The notes beneath the pieces are model-generated. The model had not been told where the DNA came from, did not search any database, and saw nothing but the letters and a program-made list of their open reading frames with translations. 64,000 nt of DNA from Vicinamibacteria bacterium (GTDB taxonomy: Bacteria > Acidobacteriota > Vicinamibacteria > Marinacidobacterales > Marinacidobacteraceae), in NCBI GenBank assembly GCA_965199715.1, contig OZ241322.1, forward strand, positions 2,208,001 to 2,272,000. The letters run 5' to 3'. Every line of letters starts with the position of its first letter. Within the stretch, counting starts at the first letter, position 1. Of this stretch, positions 21,125 through 31,905 are shown in pieces. The translations under genes were made by a program, and so were the position numbers.

Positions 21125-23095
21125 ATGAGACATGCGCGCACGTTCCTGGCCGCCTTGGCGGCGCTCGCCGGCGGCGGTAACGGACCGTCGGTCGCCCCCA
21201 CCCCGACGGCGCCCCCGGCGCGGCATCGGACTTCGAGGCGCGGGGCGGCCCCGGCTACGTCGAGTGGACGTGGAGCGGGACGTCCAGCGACGGCTGGCAG
21301 GTCGAGTACAGCGTCGGCGCGGACTTCGAGCCGGGCGCGAACGCGGAGGTCGTCACAAGCCCGAGCTTCCGCATCGACGGCCTGAAAGAGGACGACGCGG
21401 CGCACGCCCGGGTGCGCGTCGCGGACGGCGCGGTCTCCGACGTCGTGCGCGCGACGGCGTTGAAGCCGCCCGAGCCGATCGCGGCTCCGGTGCACTTTCA
21501 GGTCACGGACGACACGGTGACGTGGACCGCGGTGGAGAACGCGTTGAGCTACGAGGTGCTGGTCCGGACCGAGGGCGGAACGTGGCTCGTCGTGGCGTGC
21601 GGCGGGGACGGGACCGTCACTCGGTGCGCCGCGATCGGGCTGGCGTGGGGCGATTCCTTCGAGACGCGGGTGCGGGCGAATCCCGATCCTGCGGACGAGG
21701 CCCAAGCCTCGAGCACGTGGACTGCCACCCCCGCGGCGACCACGGAGGAGGAAGCAGGCGGCGCAAGCTTCCGGCAGGGAGAAGAGGAAGACACGAGTCC
21801 GCTGAAGGCGCCGCACCAGTTCAATTTCACGACTTCCGACTTGAGCCGGACGACCTTCCTGGTCACGTAGAACTGGAGCCGGGGCGCGGAGACGTACGAG
21901 CTGCGATACCGCGCCAGCGGCGCCGCGGAATGGGTGAGCGGCGCCTGCGCCCATCCCACGTCGGAGGCGTGCGTGGTGACGGGCCTGACCGACGGGAACG
22001 ACCACGAAGAGCAGGTCAGCTCGATTCCGCCGGCCTCGTCCTCGCGGCAGCCGAGCGAATGGGGCGAGAGCTCCGTCACGACCCCCGAGGACACGGGCCC
22101 GGTCCAGCTCGCCAAGCCGACTCGGGTTCTCGCCTCGACCACGAGCGCCACGAGCGTGTGGTTCGTCTGGAACCCCGTGGATGCGGCCGCGATCCACGAG
22201 GTGCAGGGAAAGCGCGTCAGCGCGTCCTCGTGGGACGACATGACCTGCACCGGGGACTCCCGCGACACCCCGTGCAATGTCACGGGACTCTCCCTCCCGC
22301 CAGCAGTACGACTTCCGGGTGCGGGGGGCCCGATCCGAACGACGCGAACCTGTCCATCGGGGCGTGGAGCGACACGCTGACCGCCACGACCAAGGGCGGC
22401 GGAACGGGGACCGGCGCGCTTCCCGCGCCCACCGGCCTGACCGGTTCGTGGAACGTCGCCGTCCCGAGGTCCCTCTTCCTCGCGTGGAAGCCGGTGGAGA
22501 ACGCGGTCACGTACGACGTGCAGCACACGCAGATCGGAGTGACCGGCTGCATCAACGAATGCTCCGGGACGACCCGGATGGGCTGCACGATCGACGGTCC
22601 GGCGCGGGCGGCGCTGCGCGAGATCCGCGTGCGGGCGCACCCGGCCTCGAGCGACACGGACCGTTCCACGAGCGACTGGTCCGCGGGGATCTTCCTTTCG
22701 ACTCCCTCGGATCCGGGCCCTCCGCGCCTCGGGACTCCGACCGGCTTCAACTCGTCCAACACGGACGCGACCACCGTCTCGCTCACCTGGACTCCGGCGT
22801 TCGACATCGGTCAGCGGACCTACGAGGTGCGGCTCAAGGCCAGCGGCGGCGACTGGGAGGCCTCGGGTTGCGGCGCGACCGCCAGCTTCTTCTGCGACGT
22901 CACCGGCCTGACCCCCGCGACGGAATACTCGGCGCGCGTCCGGTCGGTTCCGAATTCCGACGAGTTCCGCACGAGCGACTGGAGCACGGAAATCAGCTTC
23001 ACGACATTGAGGCGGTGACCTCCTGAGGCCGGGGCCTGGACAGCGACGTCAGTTCGAGCGATTGGGTCCAGGTGAACTTATCGGCCGCGAACTAG
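21125..23095 (+). pseudogene. fragmented fibronectin type III repeat surface protein
   Basis: GGAGGA RBS and a signal peptide, then FN3-like modules (W...V.NA..YEV, C..C.VTGL, Y..RVR, SDWS) spread over three frames. In-frame TAG at 21868, frameshifts near 21200-21250, ~22295 and ~22325, and an orphan module tail at 23039-23095. Confidence 0.8.
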
Positions 23096-23102
23096 CGCCG
23101 CG

Positions 23103-23131
23103 GCGCCCTCCGCCTCTGTTGCGGAGGGCGC
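23103..23131. terminator. 11 bp GC-rich stem-loop after the FN3 pseudogene
   Basis: GCGCCCTCCGC-ctctgtt-GCGGAGGGCGC, with no clear U tract. Confidence 0.45.
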
Positions 23132-23174
23132 TCCCTATCCCCTACGATTTCCGGGCGTTCCTCCCGGAGGCCCC

Positions 23175-24368
23175 ATGAGAGATTTCAGGAAATTCGTCCC
23201 TTCCGCGGTTCTCGCGGCCGCGTTCGTCGGCTTCGGCTGCCAGCCGCCCGCCGAGGACGCCGGCGGCGACATGGACATGATGGACCACGGCGGAATGCCG
23301 GACTACCACCCGGATCCGACCTGGCCGCTTCTGCCCTCGGACTGGCTGATCGGCGAGGTCTCGGGCATCGCGGTCGATCAGCACGACAACATCTGGATCA
23401 TTCAGCGGCCCCGCACGCTCAACGCCGACGAGGCCGGCCTCGCGCAGGATCCGCCGCTCACCGCGTGCTGCAACCCGGCGCCGCCCGTCCTCAAGTTCGA
23501 CGTGGAAGGACACCTGCTCGACAGTTGGGGCGGCGCGAACGGGTACCCGGGCGAGGGTTACGAATGGCCCGCGAGTGAGCACGGCATCTTCGTGGACCAC
23601 AACGACAACGTCTGGGTCGGCGGCAACGGTCCGGACGACCATCAGGTCATCAAGTTCAGCAACGACGGGACGTTCCTCATGCAGATCGGCCAAGCCGGCA
23701 TGACCGAGGGCAGCAACAGCACCCAGTATCTCGGCCGCCCCGCCGACATCGAGGTGGACCCCGAGACGAATGAGGCCTACATCGCCGACGGCTACCTGAA
23801 CAAGCGGGTCGTGGTGTTCGACGGGGACACCGGCGAGTACAAGCGCCACTGGGGCGCCTACGGCAACATGCCGTCCGACGACGACACCGGCGGGTTCGAG
23901 CCGGGCATGGAGCCGATCGACCAGTTCCGGACCCCGCTCCACGCGGTGCGCGTCGCCCGCGACGGCATGGTCTATGTCGCCGACCGGGTGAACAACCGCA
24001 TCCAGATCTTCCAGAAGGACGGCACCTACGTGGACGAGCTGATCGTCGAGGGCAACACGCTCGGCAACGGCTCCACCTGGGACCTCGAGCTCTCGCACGA
24101 CGACGCGCAGCAGCACCTGTTCAACGCGGACGGCGCGAACCAGCGCATCCACGTGATCGAGCGCGCCGACATGGAGGTCCTCGGCCACTTCGGGCGCCGG
24201 GGACGGCTCTCCGGGCAGTTCCACTGGGTCCACAACCTCGTCGTGGATTCCATGGGCAACATGTACACGGCCGAGGTGAACCAGGGCCGCCGGGCGCAGA
24301 AGTTCGTCCTCACGTTCGGCCACGATCACAGCGGCGACCCCCACGGCCACGAGGGTCACGGCCACTGA
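23175..24368 (+). CDS. NHL-repeat beta-propeller lipoprotein (PAL-like) with His-rich tail
   Basis: Lipobox GFGC; repeated NHL units (YIADGY.NKRVVVFD, YVADRVNNRIQIF); GGAGG RBS. Confidence 0.88.
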   Translation: MRDFRKFVPSAVLAAAFVGFGCQPPAEDAGGDMDMMDHGGMPDYHPDPTWPLLPSDWLIGEVSGIAVDQHDNIWIIQRPRTLNADEAGLAQDPPLTACCNPAPPVLKFDVEGHLLDSWGGANGYPGEGYEWPASEHGIFVDHNDNVWVGGNGPDDHQVIKFSNDGTFLMQIGQAGMTEGSNSTQYLGRPADIEVDPETNEAYIADGYLNKRVVVFDGDTGEYKRHWGAYGNMPSDDDTGGFEPGMEPIDQFRTPLHAVRVARDGMVYVADRVNNRIQIFQKDGTYVDELIVEGNTLGNGSTWDLELSHDDAQQHLFNADGANQRIHVIERADMEVLGHFGRRGRLSGQFHWVHNLVVDSMGNMYTAEVNQGRRAQKFVLTFGHDHSGDPHGHEGHGH

Positions 24369-25677
24369 GCCCCGGACCGGAGCCCGTCGCCGCGGGCTCC
24401 GGTCGCTCGCCTTCGCGCTGATCGCGGCGGTAGCGCCGGTCGTTCCGGCGGCGGCGCACGACATCCCGGACGAGATCCGGGTTCCGGTCTTCATCCGCGA
24501 CGTCGGGGACGAGAAGCACCTCGTCGCCCGGGTGCCGCTGCTCCTGCTGCTCTCGCTGGACGTCCCCAAGCGCGGCGCGGGATTCCTCGACCTCGAGCGC
24601 GCCGGCTCGTCGCTGCGGCGGGGAGCGGAGGCGTTCGCCCGGGAGGCGCCGCTTTTCGACCCGGACGGCGGCCTCCTTCCGTGGACCCTCCACGAAGTGC
24701 GGGTGGCGCTGCCGTGGGACCGGTCGTTCACGTCGTTCGACGCGGCGCTCGCGAAGGTCCGCTCGGGGCCGCTGTCCGCCGACGACCAGGTCTTCTGGAA
24801 CCAGGGCTTCCTCGACCTCCACCTGAGCTACCCCAATCCCGACGGCAGCGTCTCGGTCGAATGCAACGTGGCTCCCGGATTCGGGGAGCGAGTGGCGCTC
24901 GACGTCATCCACGAGCGGCCGGGCGACGACGGCGAGACCGAGAGCCGGCTCTACCACGTGAGCGTCCGCGAGGGTCGGGTGGTGCTGGACCCGTCCAGCC
25001 TCCAGGCGGCCCGGTATTTCTTCCGGTCCGGCGTGGAGCACATCCTCACCGGCTGGGACCACCTGCTGTTCCTCGGGTGCCTCATCGCCCCCTTCGGGCG
25101 CCTGGACATGCTGCGGAAGCTGCTGCTGGTAGTGACCGGATTCACGGTCGCCCACTCGGTGACGCTGGTCTCGGCGGCGCTCGGACACGCTCCGGCGGCG
25201 CTTTGGTTCACCCCGCTCGTGGAGGCCGTGGTCGCGCTGTCGATCCTCTACACCGCGGTCGAGAACTTCTTCGACGTGGGCGCGTTGCGCCGGGCGCTGC
25301 TCGCGCTCGCGTTCGGGCTCTTCCACGGGTTCGGCTTCGCCTTCGCGCTCGGCGAGTCGCTGACCTTCGCCGGCGAGCACGTCCCGCTCGCGCTCTTCTC
25401 GTTCAACCTCGGCGTCGAGGCGGGACAGGTGGCGGTGGTGCTGGCGCTCGTGCCGCTGCTCAGCCTCGCTTCGCGATACCGCCGGCCGGCGACGCTCGTC
25501 TTCTCGGTCTTCGCCGGCCATGTCGCGTTGCACCTCGCCGGAGACCGGCTCGGCGAGCTGCAGGTCGCGTGGAGCCTCGCGGGGAACCCGCCGCCGGAGT
25601 GGTCGTGGTTCCTGTGGCCGCTCGCGGCGGCCGGAGCGGCCGGCTGGATCCTCGTCTGGCGGCGCCGAGCCGCCTGA
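24358..25677 (+). CDS. HupE/UreJ-family membrane protein (start codon uncertain)
   Basis: GVEHILTGWDHLLF, FTVAHSVTL, GLFHGFGFA and FNLGVEAGQ. A signal peptide (...PAAAHDIP) lies in frame upstream of the first GTG (24532). Confidence 0.85.
   Translation, partial: TATEPRTGARRRGLRSLAFALIAAVAPVVPAAAHDIPDEIRVPVFIRDVGDEKHLVARVPLLLLLSLDVPKRGAGFLDLERAGSSLRRGAEAFAREAPLFDPDGGLLPWTLHEVRVALPWDRSFTSFDAALAKVRSGPLSADDQVFWNQGFLDLHLSYPNPDGSVSVECNVAPGFGERVALDVIHERPGDDGETESRLYHVSVREGRVVLDPSSLQAARYFFRSGVEHILTGWDHLLFLGCLIAPFGRLDMLRKLLLVVTGFTVAHSVTLVSAALGHAPAALWFTPLVEAVVALSILYTAVENFFDVGALRRALLALAFGLFHGFGFAFALGESLTFAGEHVPLALFSFNLGVEAGQVAVVLALVPLLSLASRYRRPATLVFSVFAGHVALHLAGDRLGELQVAWSLAGNPPPEWSWFLWPLAAAGAAGWILVWRRRAA
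24375..24404 (+). repeat. 12 bp perfect hairpin just after the NHL gene stop
   Basis: GACCGGAGCCCG-tcgccg-CGGGCTCCGGTC. Confidence 0.55.
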
Positions 25678-25705
25678 GCGGCGCTGCTAGCCTTCCGCCC
25701 GCACC

Positions 25706-26752
25706 ATGCACGTCGAACGAGTCCAGCGATCCCGCCTCCCCGAGGTGGATCTCGCGAACGTGGATTTCGGTCGGGTGTACAGCGACCACATGCTGGAGGC
25801 GACGTTCCGCGACGGCGCCTGGGAGGAGCCGCGCATCGTCCCGTTCGGGAACCTGGAGCTCCATCCGGCGACCGCGGTGTTCCACTACGCGCAGGCGATC
25901 TTCGAGGGCATGAAGGCGCACCTCACCGACGACGGCGAGCCGGTGCTGTTCCGCCCGAGGGAGAACTGGCTGCGGATGAACCGCTCGGCCCGGCGGATGG
26001 TCATGGAGGAGATCCCCGAATCGGTGTTCCTCGACGGGCTGCGCGAGCTGGTTCGCGCGGACCGCGGCTGGATTCCGCCGAACCGGCACGGCTCGCTGTA
26101 TCTGCGGCCCTTCCTGTTCGCGTCGGTGCCGTGGATCGGCGTGGGGCCGTCGGGGGAGTACCGGTTCCTCGTCATCTCGGCCCCGGTCGGGGCCTACTAC
26201 TCGGGCGCGGTGCGGCTGTTCGTCACCCGGCGCTGGATCCGCGCCGCCGAGGGCGGGATCGGCGAAGCGAAGGCCGCCGGCAACTACTCGGCCAGCTACT
26301 ACGGCATGAAGGAGGCCCGCGAGCATGGCTGCGACAACGTCATGTGGCTGGACGCGAAGGAGCACCGATACGTCGAGGAGTGCGGCACGATGAACATGAT
26401 GTTCGTCCTCGGCGACCGGGTCGTGACGCCGAGCCTCGGAGGGACGATCCTGCCGGGGATCACCCGCGACAGCGCGATGCGCATCCTCCGGGAGCAGATG
26501 GGCGTGGAGGTGGAGGAGCGCCCGATCTCGATCGAGGAGGTGGCGGAAGCGGGGGCGGCGGGGACGCTGCGCGAGTGCTTCGGCGTCGGAACGGCGGCGG
26601 TCGTGACTGCGGTCTCGGCGCTCGTCGGCGGCGGCTGCGACGTAGCCGTGCCCGATCCCGGCCCGATCCAGCGCGAGCTCCGGCAGCGGCTCACCGACAT
26701 CCGCCTCGGGCGCGCGCCCGATCCCTGGGGTTGGGTGGAACGGCTCGGCTAG
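25706..26752 (+). CDS. ilvE: branched-chain amino acid aminotransferase
   Basis: HYAQAIFEGMKA, LYLRPF, AKAAGNY (PLP Lys), EECGTMN, ILPGITRDS, GTAAVV. Confidence 0.95.
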   Translation: MHVERVQRSRLPEVDLANVDFGRVYSDHMLEATFRDGAWEEPRIVPFGNLELHPATAVFHYAQAIFEGMKAHLTDDGEPVLFRPRENWLRMNRSARRMVMEEIPESVFLDGLRELVRADRGWIPPNRHGSLYLRPFLFASVPWIGVGPSGEYRFLVISAPVGAYYSGAVRLFVTRRWIRAAEGGIGEAKAAGNYSASYYGMKEAREHGCDNVMWLDAKEHRYVEECGTMNMMFVLGDRVVTPSLGGTILPGITRDSAMRILREQMGVEVEERPISIEEVAEAGAAGTLRECFGVGTAAVVTAVSALVGGGCDVAVPDPGPIQRELRQRLTDIRLGRAPDPWGWVERLG

Positions 26753-27948
26753 CGGCGGCGCTCGCGCTCGCCGCGGCCTGCGCCCCCGCCGAGTCCCCGG
26801 TTCCCGGCCTCGACCGGATCGTCCGGGAAGGGCCGGGAGACCTCGAGGGCCTTCGGGTCGGGCTGATCTCGAACCACACCGGGCGCACGCGGGACGGCGT
26901 TCCGGCGGCGCGGGCCCTTCTCGACGCGGGCGTGGAGGTGCGGGTGCTGTTCGGCCCCGAGCACGGGTTCTCCGGAGCCGTCGCGGCGGGCGACGACGTG
27001 GAGTCGGGCCGCGACCCGGGCACCGGCCTGCCCATCGTCAGCCTCTACGGCGCGGAGTTCGCGCCCGATCCGGAGACGCTCGCCGGCCTCGACGCGCTGG
27101 TCTTCGATATCCAGGACGTCGGGGTTCGTTTCTACACCTACATTTCGACGCTGCGCCTCGCGCTCGGGGCCGCGGGCGAGGCCGGCCTTGGGTTCTGGGT
27201 GCTCGACCGCCCGAACCCGAACCGGGGCGACCGGGTCGAGGGGCCGATGCTGGACCCCGCGTTCCGCTCCTTCGTCGGCGCGGACCGGCTCCCGCTGCTC
27301 CACGGGATGACCGTGGGCGAACTGGCGCTTCTCTTCGGCCATCGCCTCGGCCTCGGCGACTCCGTCCGGGTCGTGCCGGTCGCGAACCTGGCGCGGGCGA
27401 CCCCGTGGGGCGACGCGCCGTGGAACCCGACCTCGCCGAACGTCCCGACGCTGCACGCGGCGCAGGTCTATCCGGCGTTCGGCCTCTTCGAGGGAGTGGC
27501 TCTCTCCGAGGGGCGCGGCACGGCGACGCCCTTCGAGCTCGTCGGCGCGCCGTGGGCGGACCCGGCTCGCTGGCTCGCGAACCTCGGCGCCGTCCCCGGA
27601 CTGCGCCTCGAGCCCGCGTCGTTCACGCCGAGGCCTTCCGCCGCCGCGCCCCGTCCCCGGTTCGCCGGCGAGGAAGTCCACGGCCTGCGGATCGCGCTCG
27701 AGGACCTGGACGCCTTCCGCCCGGTTCGGGCCGGCCTCGCCGCCATCGAAGCGGTCCGCGCCGCGCACCCGGACGAGTTCGGCTGGCGCGAGACCGAGCG
27801 CGGCTTCTGGATCGACCGGCTTCTTGGAACCGACCGCATCCGGATGGGGATCGAGGCGGGGGTTCCGGTCTCCCGGCTCATGGACCCGGAGGCTCCCGCG
27901 GTGGAGGCGTTCCTCGAGGAGCGCCGCCCGTTTCTCCTGTATCCGTGA
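26731..27948 (+). CDS. DUF1343 / NamZ-like exo-beta-N-acetylmuramidase
   Basis: GLISNHTG, FGPEHGF, FDIQDVGVRFYTY, LDRPNP, HGMTVGELA, SPNVP, SEGRGT. Start tentatively TTG 26731. Confidence 0.9.
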   Translation: MGGTARLAAALALAAACAPAESPVPGLDRIVREGPGDLEGLRVGLISNHTGRTRDGVPAARALLDAGVEVRVLFGPEHGFSGAVAAGDDVESGRDPGTGLPIVSLYGAEFAPDPETLAGLDALVFDIQDVGVRFYTYISTLRLALGAAGEAGLGFWVLDRPNPNRGDRVEGPMLDPAFRSFVGADRLPLLHGMTVGELALLFGHRLGLGDSVRVVPVANLARATPWGDAPWNPTSPNVPTLHAAQVYPAFGLFEGVALSEGRGTATPFELVGAPWADPARWLANLGAVPGLRLEPASFTPRPSAAAPRPRFAGEEVHGLRIALEDLDAFRPVRAGLAAIEAVRAAHPDEFGWRETERGFWIDRLLGTDRIRMGIEAGVPVSRLMDPEAPAVEAFLEERRPFLLYP

Positions 27949-28787
27949 TGCGCGAGGCGCCGGTCGCCGCCGGCCTGTTCCTCGCGACGCTGGCCAGCAC
28001 GATGTGGGTCGGAGCGCTCTTCTTCGGCTCCGGCGTCGCCTACTCGCTGCCGCTGCTGGCGATCCTCCTCAGCCACGAGGTGGGGCACTGGCTGACCGCC
28101 CGGCGCTGGCGGGTGGACGCGAGCCTGCCGTACTTCCTCCCGATGCCGTTCACGCTGGTGGGCACGCTCGGCGCGTTCATCCGCATCCGCTCGCCGTTCC
28201 CCGACCGGCGATCGCTGATCGACGTGGGGCTCGCCGGCCCGTTCGCCGGGTTCGTGGTCTGTCTTCCGTTCCTCGCGCTGGGGGTGGCCGGCTCCCACGC
28301 CGGGCCTTCGGTCGAGGACGCGATCCGCTTCGGCGAGCCGCTGCTGTTCCGGATGTTCGCGGCCGCATTCGGGCCGGCGCTCGGGGAAGGGGAGTCGCTC
28401 TACCTGGGTCCGATGGGCCTCGCCGCCTGGTTCGGGCTGCTGGTCACCGCGATCAACCTGCTCCCGATGGGGCAGCTCGACGGCGGCCACGCGCTCTACG
28501 CGGCGTTCCGGGAGCGGGCGCATCGGATCTCGCGCCTCGTCCACCTCGCGATGATCCCGCTCGCGTGGTGGTCCCCCTCGTGGCTCGTCTGGGGCCTCCT
28601 GTGCCTGCTGCTCGGCGCCCGCCGCCCGCACCCGCCGACGCTCGACGACGAGGCGCCGCTGCCGAAGAGCCGCGTCCTCATGGCGGTCGCCGGAGTCGCG
28701 GTGTTCGTTCTGTGCTTCACCCCGGAACCGGTCGTCTTCGACTGGGCGGACGTGCTTCCCGTTGACAGGCCGGGAACCGAACCCTAA
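27948..28787 (+). CDS. site-2 protease (peptidase M50)
   Basis: HEVGH, GTLGAFI, AGPFAG, NLLPMGQLDGGH and multiple TM segments. Confidence 0.92.
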   Translation: MREAPVAAGLFLATLASTMWVGALFFGSGVAYSLPLLAILLSHEVGHWLTARRWRVDASLPYFLPMPFTLVGTLGAFIRIRSPFPDRRSLIDVGLAGPFAGFVVCLPFLALGVAGSHAGPSVEDAIRFGEPLLFRMFAAAFGPALGEGESLYLGPMGLAAWFGLLVTAINLLPMGQLDGGHALYAAFRERAHRISRLVHLAMIPLAWWSPSWLVWGLLCLLLGARRPHPPTLDDEAPLPKSRVLMAVAGVAVFVLCFTPEPVVFDWADVLPVDRPGTEP

Positions 28788-28790
28788 CTT
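28762..28790 (+). promoter_or_regulatory. sigma70-type promoter of the leu operon
   Basis: TTGACA (28762), 17 bp spacer, TAACTT (28785). Confidence 0.65.
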
Positions 28791-28820
28791 TCCCGATGCG
28801 GGCCGCGCCCGCACCCCGCC

Positions 28821-29987
28821 ATGACCCCCGAACAACCCGACCGCGTCCGCATCTTCGACACGACGCTCCGGGACGGCGAGCAGTCGCCCGGATGCAGCAT
28901 GGGTCTCGACGCCAAGCTCGAGATGGCTCGTCAGTTGGCGCGACTTCGGGTGGACGTCATCGAAGCCGGATTTCCCGCCGTCTCCGAGGGGGACCGGGAG
29001 GCCGTGCGCCGCATCGCCGGCGAGATCGAGGGACCGCGCATCGCGGCGCTCGCCCGCTGCGTGCATGGCGATATCGAAGTCGCCTGGGAGTCGCTGCGGG
29101 AGGCGCCCCGGCCCCGGCTGCATGTATTCCTCGCGACGAGCGCGCTCCACCGGGAGTTCAAGCTGCGGATGGCCCGAAAGGAGATCGTCCGCCGGACGGT
29201 CGAGTCGGTGGGCCACGCCCGCGGCCTCGCCGGCGACGTGGAGTTCTCGCCCGAGGACGGCTCGCGCACCGAGCCGGACTTCCTCGCCGAGGTCGTCGAG
29301 TGCGCCATCGAGGCCGGCGCGACGACCGTGAACATCCCCGACACCGTGGGCTACGCGATGCCGGACGAGTTCCACGCGCTCATCTCCCACCTCCGGCGCA
29401 CCGTCCCCAACATCGGCGAGGCGGTCATCAGCGTCCACTGCCACAACGACCTCGGCATGGCGGTCGCGAACAGCCTCGCGGCGGTCCGGGCCGGGGCGCG
29501 GCAGGTGGAGTGCACCGTGAACGGGATCGGCGAGCGGGCGGGGAACGCCTCGCTCGAGGAGGTCGTGATGAGCCTGCGCACCCGGCCGGACGTGTACGGC
29601 GTCGAGACCGGGGTCGCGACCCGCGAACTGTGCGCGGCCAGCCGCCGCCTCAGCCGCCTCACCGGGATGGCGGTTCAGCCGAACAAGGCCATCGTGGGCG
29701 CGAACGCCTTCGCCCACGAGGCGGGCATCCACCAGCACGGCGTGCTCAGCAACCGCCTGACGTACGAGATCATGGAGGCGGCCGACGTGGGGGCCGACAG
29801 CGTCCTCGTGCTCGGCAAGCACAGCGGCCGGCACGCGCTCCGCTCGCGCCTCGAGGAACTCGGGTTCCGGGTGGCGGACGAGGAGATGAGCGGCGTGTTC
29901 CGCGACTTCAAGCGGCTCGCCGACCGGCGCAAGGAACTCGACGACGCCGACCTGACCACGCTCATGGCGCAGCGGCGCCGGGCCTGA
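28821..29987 (+). CDS. leuA: 2-isopropylmalate synthase (short form, 388 aa)
   Basis: [47 protein letters not shown] and LGKHSGRHA; upstream of leuC/leuD. Confidence 0.95.
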   Translation: MTPEQPDRVRIFDTTLRDGEQSPGCSMGLDAKLEMARQLARLRVDVIEAGFPAVSEGDREAVRRIAGEIEGPRIAALARCVHGDIEVAWESLREAPRPRLHVFLATSALHREFKLRMARKEIVRRTVESVGHARGLAGDVEFSPEDGSRTEPDFLAEVVECAIEAGATTVNIPDTVGYAMPDEFHALISHLRRTVPNIGEAVISVHCHNDLGMAVANSLAAVRAGARQVECTVNGIGERAGNASLEEVVMSLRTRPDVYGVETGVATRELCAASRRLSRLTGMAVQPNKAIVGANAFAHEAGIHQHGVLSNRLTYEIMEAADVGADSVLVLGKHSGRHALRSRLEELGFRVADEEMSGVFRDFKRLADRRKELDDADLTTLMAQRRRA

Positions 29988-29999
29988 CCCCCCCCCCCC
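29988..29999. repeat. poly-C homopolymer (C12)
   Basis: Twelve C residues immediately after the leuA stop. Confidence 0.9.
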
Positions 30000-30004
30000 G
30001 TTCC

Positions 30005-30523
30005 TTGCCCGCCGCGCGCAGTCCCCGGGAGTCGCTCGAGAAGCGCCCGCTCCGCGTGCTGAAGGGCGTGGTGGAGGCCACGACTCCCGAGGCGCTCGCG
30101 GAGGCGGTCGGCCCGCTGGTGGCGAAGCGCCATCCGATCGAGGACTACCGCGCCGCCGCCCGGATCCTCGTCCGCGAGCGGGAGGTCGCCCGCGCCGAGC
30201 GCACCGGCGAGCCGATCCTCAGCGACGCCGAGAGCGGGGCGCTGCGCCGGGCGGCGAGCCGGCTCATCGGGCTGTCGCGGCCGTCGCCGCTCGCCGGACT
30301 CGCCGAGCCGGCCTTCCGGAAGATCGCCGCCGAGCGGAACCTCGAGAAGCTGGCGGAGCGGCTCGCCGAGCTGGACCCCGACGGCGGTTGGGAGGCGGCG
30401 CCCCGGGTCAGCCCGCTGCTCGCGATCCACCTCATCGCGGTCGTCACCGAGGAGGACCGCCGCTACCGGATCAAGGAGGCGGAGGACGCCGCCCGAACCG
30501 GCGCGCTTCGGGAGACCGCGTGA
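30005..30523 (+). CDS. hypothetical alpha-helical protein
   Basis: Plausible coding frame between leuA and leuC; its stop overlaps the leuC GTG. Confidence 0.6.
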   Translation: MPAARSPRESLEKRPLRVLKGVVEATTPEALAEAVGPLVAKRHPIEDYRAAARILVREREVARAERTGEPILSDAESGALRRAASRLIGLSRPSPLAGLAEPAFRKIAAERNLEKLAERLAELDPDGGWEAAPRVSPLLAIHLIAVVTEEDRRYRIKEAEDAARTGALRETA

Positions 30524-31905
30524 GCCGCACTCTCTTCGACCGCATCTGGGACGCCCACGAGGCGCTTCCCGCCGGGTCCGACCATCCCGCGATCATCCGG
30601 GTGGACGTCCACCTCATCCACGAGGTCACCTCCCCGCAGGCGTTCACGCTGCTCCGCGAGCGCGGCCTTTCCGTCCGCCGACCGGACCGGACGTTCGCGA
30701 CGACGGACCACTCGACGCCCACCCGGTTCCGGGACGGCCGGCCGGTCTGGCTCGACCGGGCCGCGAAGCGGCAGGTAGCCGAGCTCCAGCGCAACTGCGA
30801 GGAGCACGACATCCCGATCTTCCCGCTCGGGGACCGCCGCCAGGGGATCGTGCACGTCATCGGGCCGGAGCTCGGGCTGACCCGGCCGGGCGACGTGCTC
30901 GTGTGCGGCGACAGCCACACGAGCACCCACGGCGCGTTCGGAGCGTGGGCGTTCGGGATCGGGACCAGCGAGGTCGCGCAGGTGCTCGCGACCCAGCATC
31001 TGCTCCAGGAGCGCCCGAAGACGCTCGCGGTGGAGGTCTCGGGCCGGCTCGCCGCCGGGGTGACCGCGAAGGACCTCGCGCTCGGGATCATCCGCCGGAT
31101 CGGGGTCGATGGCGGGCGTGGCCACGTCATCGAGTACCGGGGCGAAGCGGTGCGCGGGCTCGGCATGGAAGCGCGGATGACGCTTTGCAACATGTCGATC
31201 GAGGCCGGCGCGCGGGCCGGGCTGATCGCGCCGGACGAGACCGCCTTCGCGTGGATCGAGGGCCGCGAGTACGCCCCGAAGGACTTCGACGGGGCGGTCC
31301 GCCGCTGGCGCGCGCTCGCGACCGACGAGGACGCCGTCTTCGACCGGACCCGGACGCTCGACGCCGGTACGCTCCAGCCGATGGTGACGTGGGGCACGAA
31401 CCCGGGGATGAGCTGCGGGGTCGGCGAGGCGGTGCCGGCTCCCGACGGGCCCGAGGCGCGGGCGGCGCTCGAGTACATGGGGATCGAGCCGGAACGCCCC
31501 ATCGCCGGGCGCCCGGTGGACGTGGTCTTCATCGGGAGCTGCACGAACTCGCGGATCTCCGACCTGCGCGCCGCGGCGGACGTGCTGCGCGGCCGGAAGA
31601 CGCATCCGAACACGACCCTGCTGGTGGTGCCGGGGTCCGTCCAGGTCCGCGACCAGGCGCGGCGCGAGCGGCTCGACGAGGTGTTCGTGAGCGCCGGCGC
31701 CGAGTGGCGCGAGCCGGGCTGCTCGATGTGCATCGCGATGAACGGGGACCGGCTGGATCCGGGCCAGCTCGCGGTTTCGACCAGCAACCGCAACTTCGAG
31801 GGCCGGCAGGGCCCCCGCGGCCGGACGATCCTCGCGTCGCCGCAGACCGCGGCCGCGTCGGCGGTGCGGGGCGCGGTCGCCGACCCGAGGGAATTCGCCC
31901 GATGA
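30520..31905 (+). CDS. leuC: 3-isopropylmalate dehydratase large subunit
   Basis: [48 protein letters not shown]. Confidence 0.97.
   Translation: MSRTLFDRIWDAHEALPAGSDHPAIIRVDVHLIHEVTSPQAFTLLRERGLSVRRPDRTFATTDHSTPTRFRDGRPVWLDRAAKRQVAELQRNCEEHDIPIFPLGDRRQGIVHVIGPELGLTRPGDVLVCGDSHTSTHGAFGAWAFGIGTSEVAQVLATQHLLQERPKTLAVEVSGRLAAGVTAKDLALGIIRRIGVDGGRGHVIEYRGEAVRGLGMEARMTLCNMSIEAGARAGLIAPDETAFAWIEGREYAPKDFDGAVRRWRALATDEDAVFDRTRTLDAGTLQPMVTWGTNPGMSCGVGEAVPAPDGPEARAALEYMGIEPERPIAGRPVDVVFIGSCTNSRISDLRAAADVLRGRKTHPNTTLLVVPGSVQVRDQARRERLDEVFVSAGAEWREPGCSMCIAMNGDRLDPGQLAVSTSNRNFEGRQGPRGRTILASPQTAAASAVRGAVADPREFAR

Noticed and set aside
21868-21870. In-frame TAG as possible recoding (pyrrolysine or readthrough)
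   Set aside because: It sits where FN3 modules have Trp (TGG->TAG), the gene has other lesions, and TAG is a normal stop elsewhere in the window.
12340-22197. 3285 aa minus-strand ORF
   Set aside because: Arg/Gly/Pro-rich shadow frame overlapping well-supported genes, typical of very high GC DNA. Only its last 152 codons look coding.
28796-30523. 575 aa ORF starting at an ATG just after the leu promoter and reading through leuA and the C12 tract into the orphan gene
   Set aside because: The first ~400 codons are low-complexity off-frame translation of leuA, and similar same-strand shadow frames occur throughout the window.
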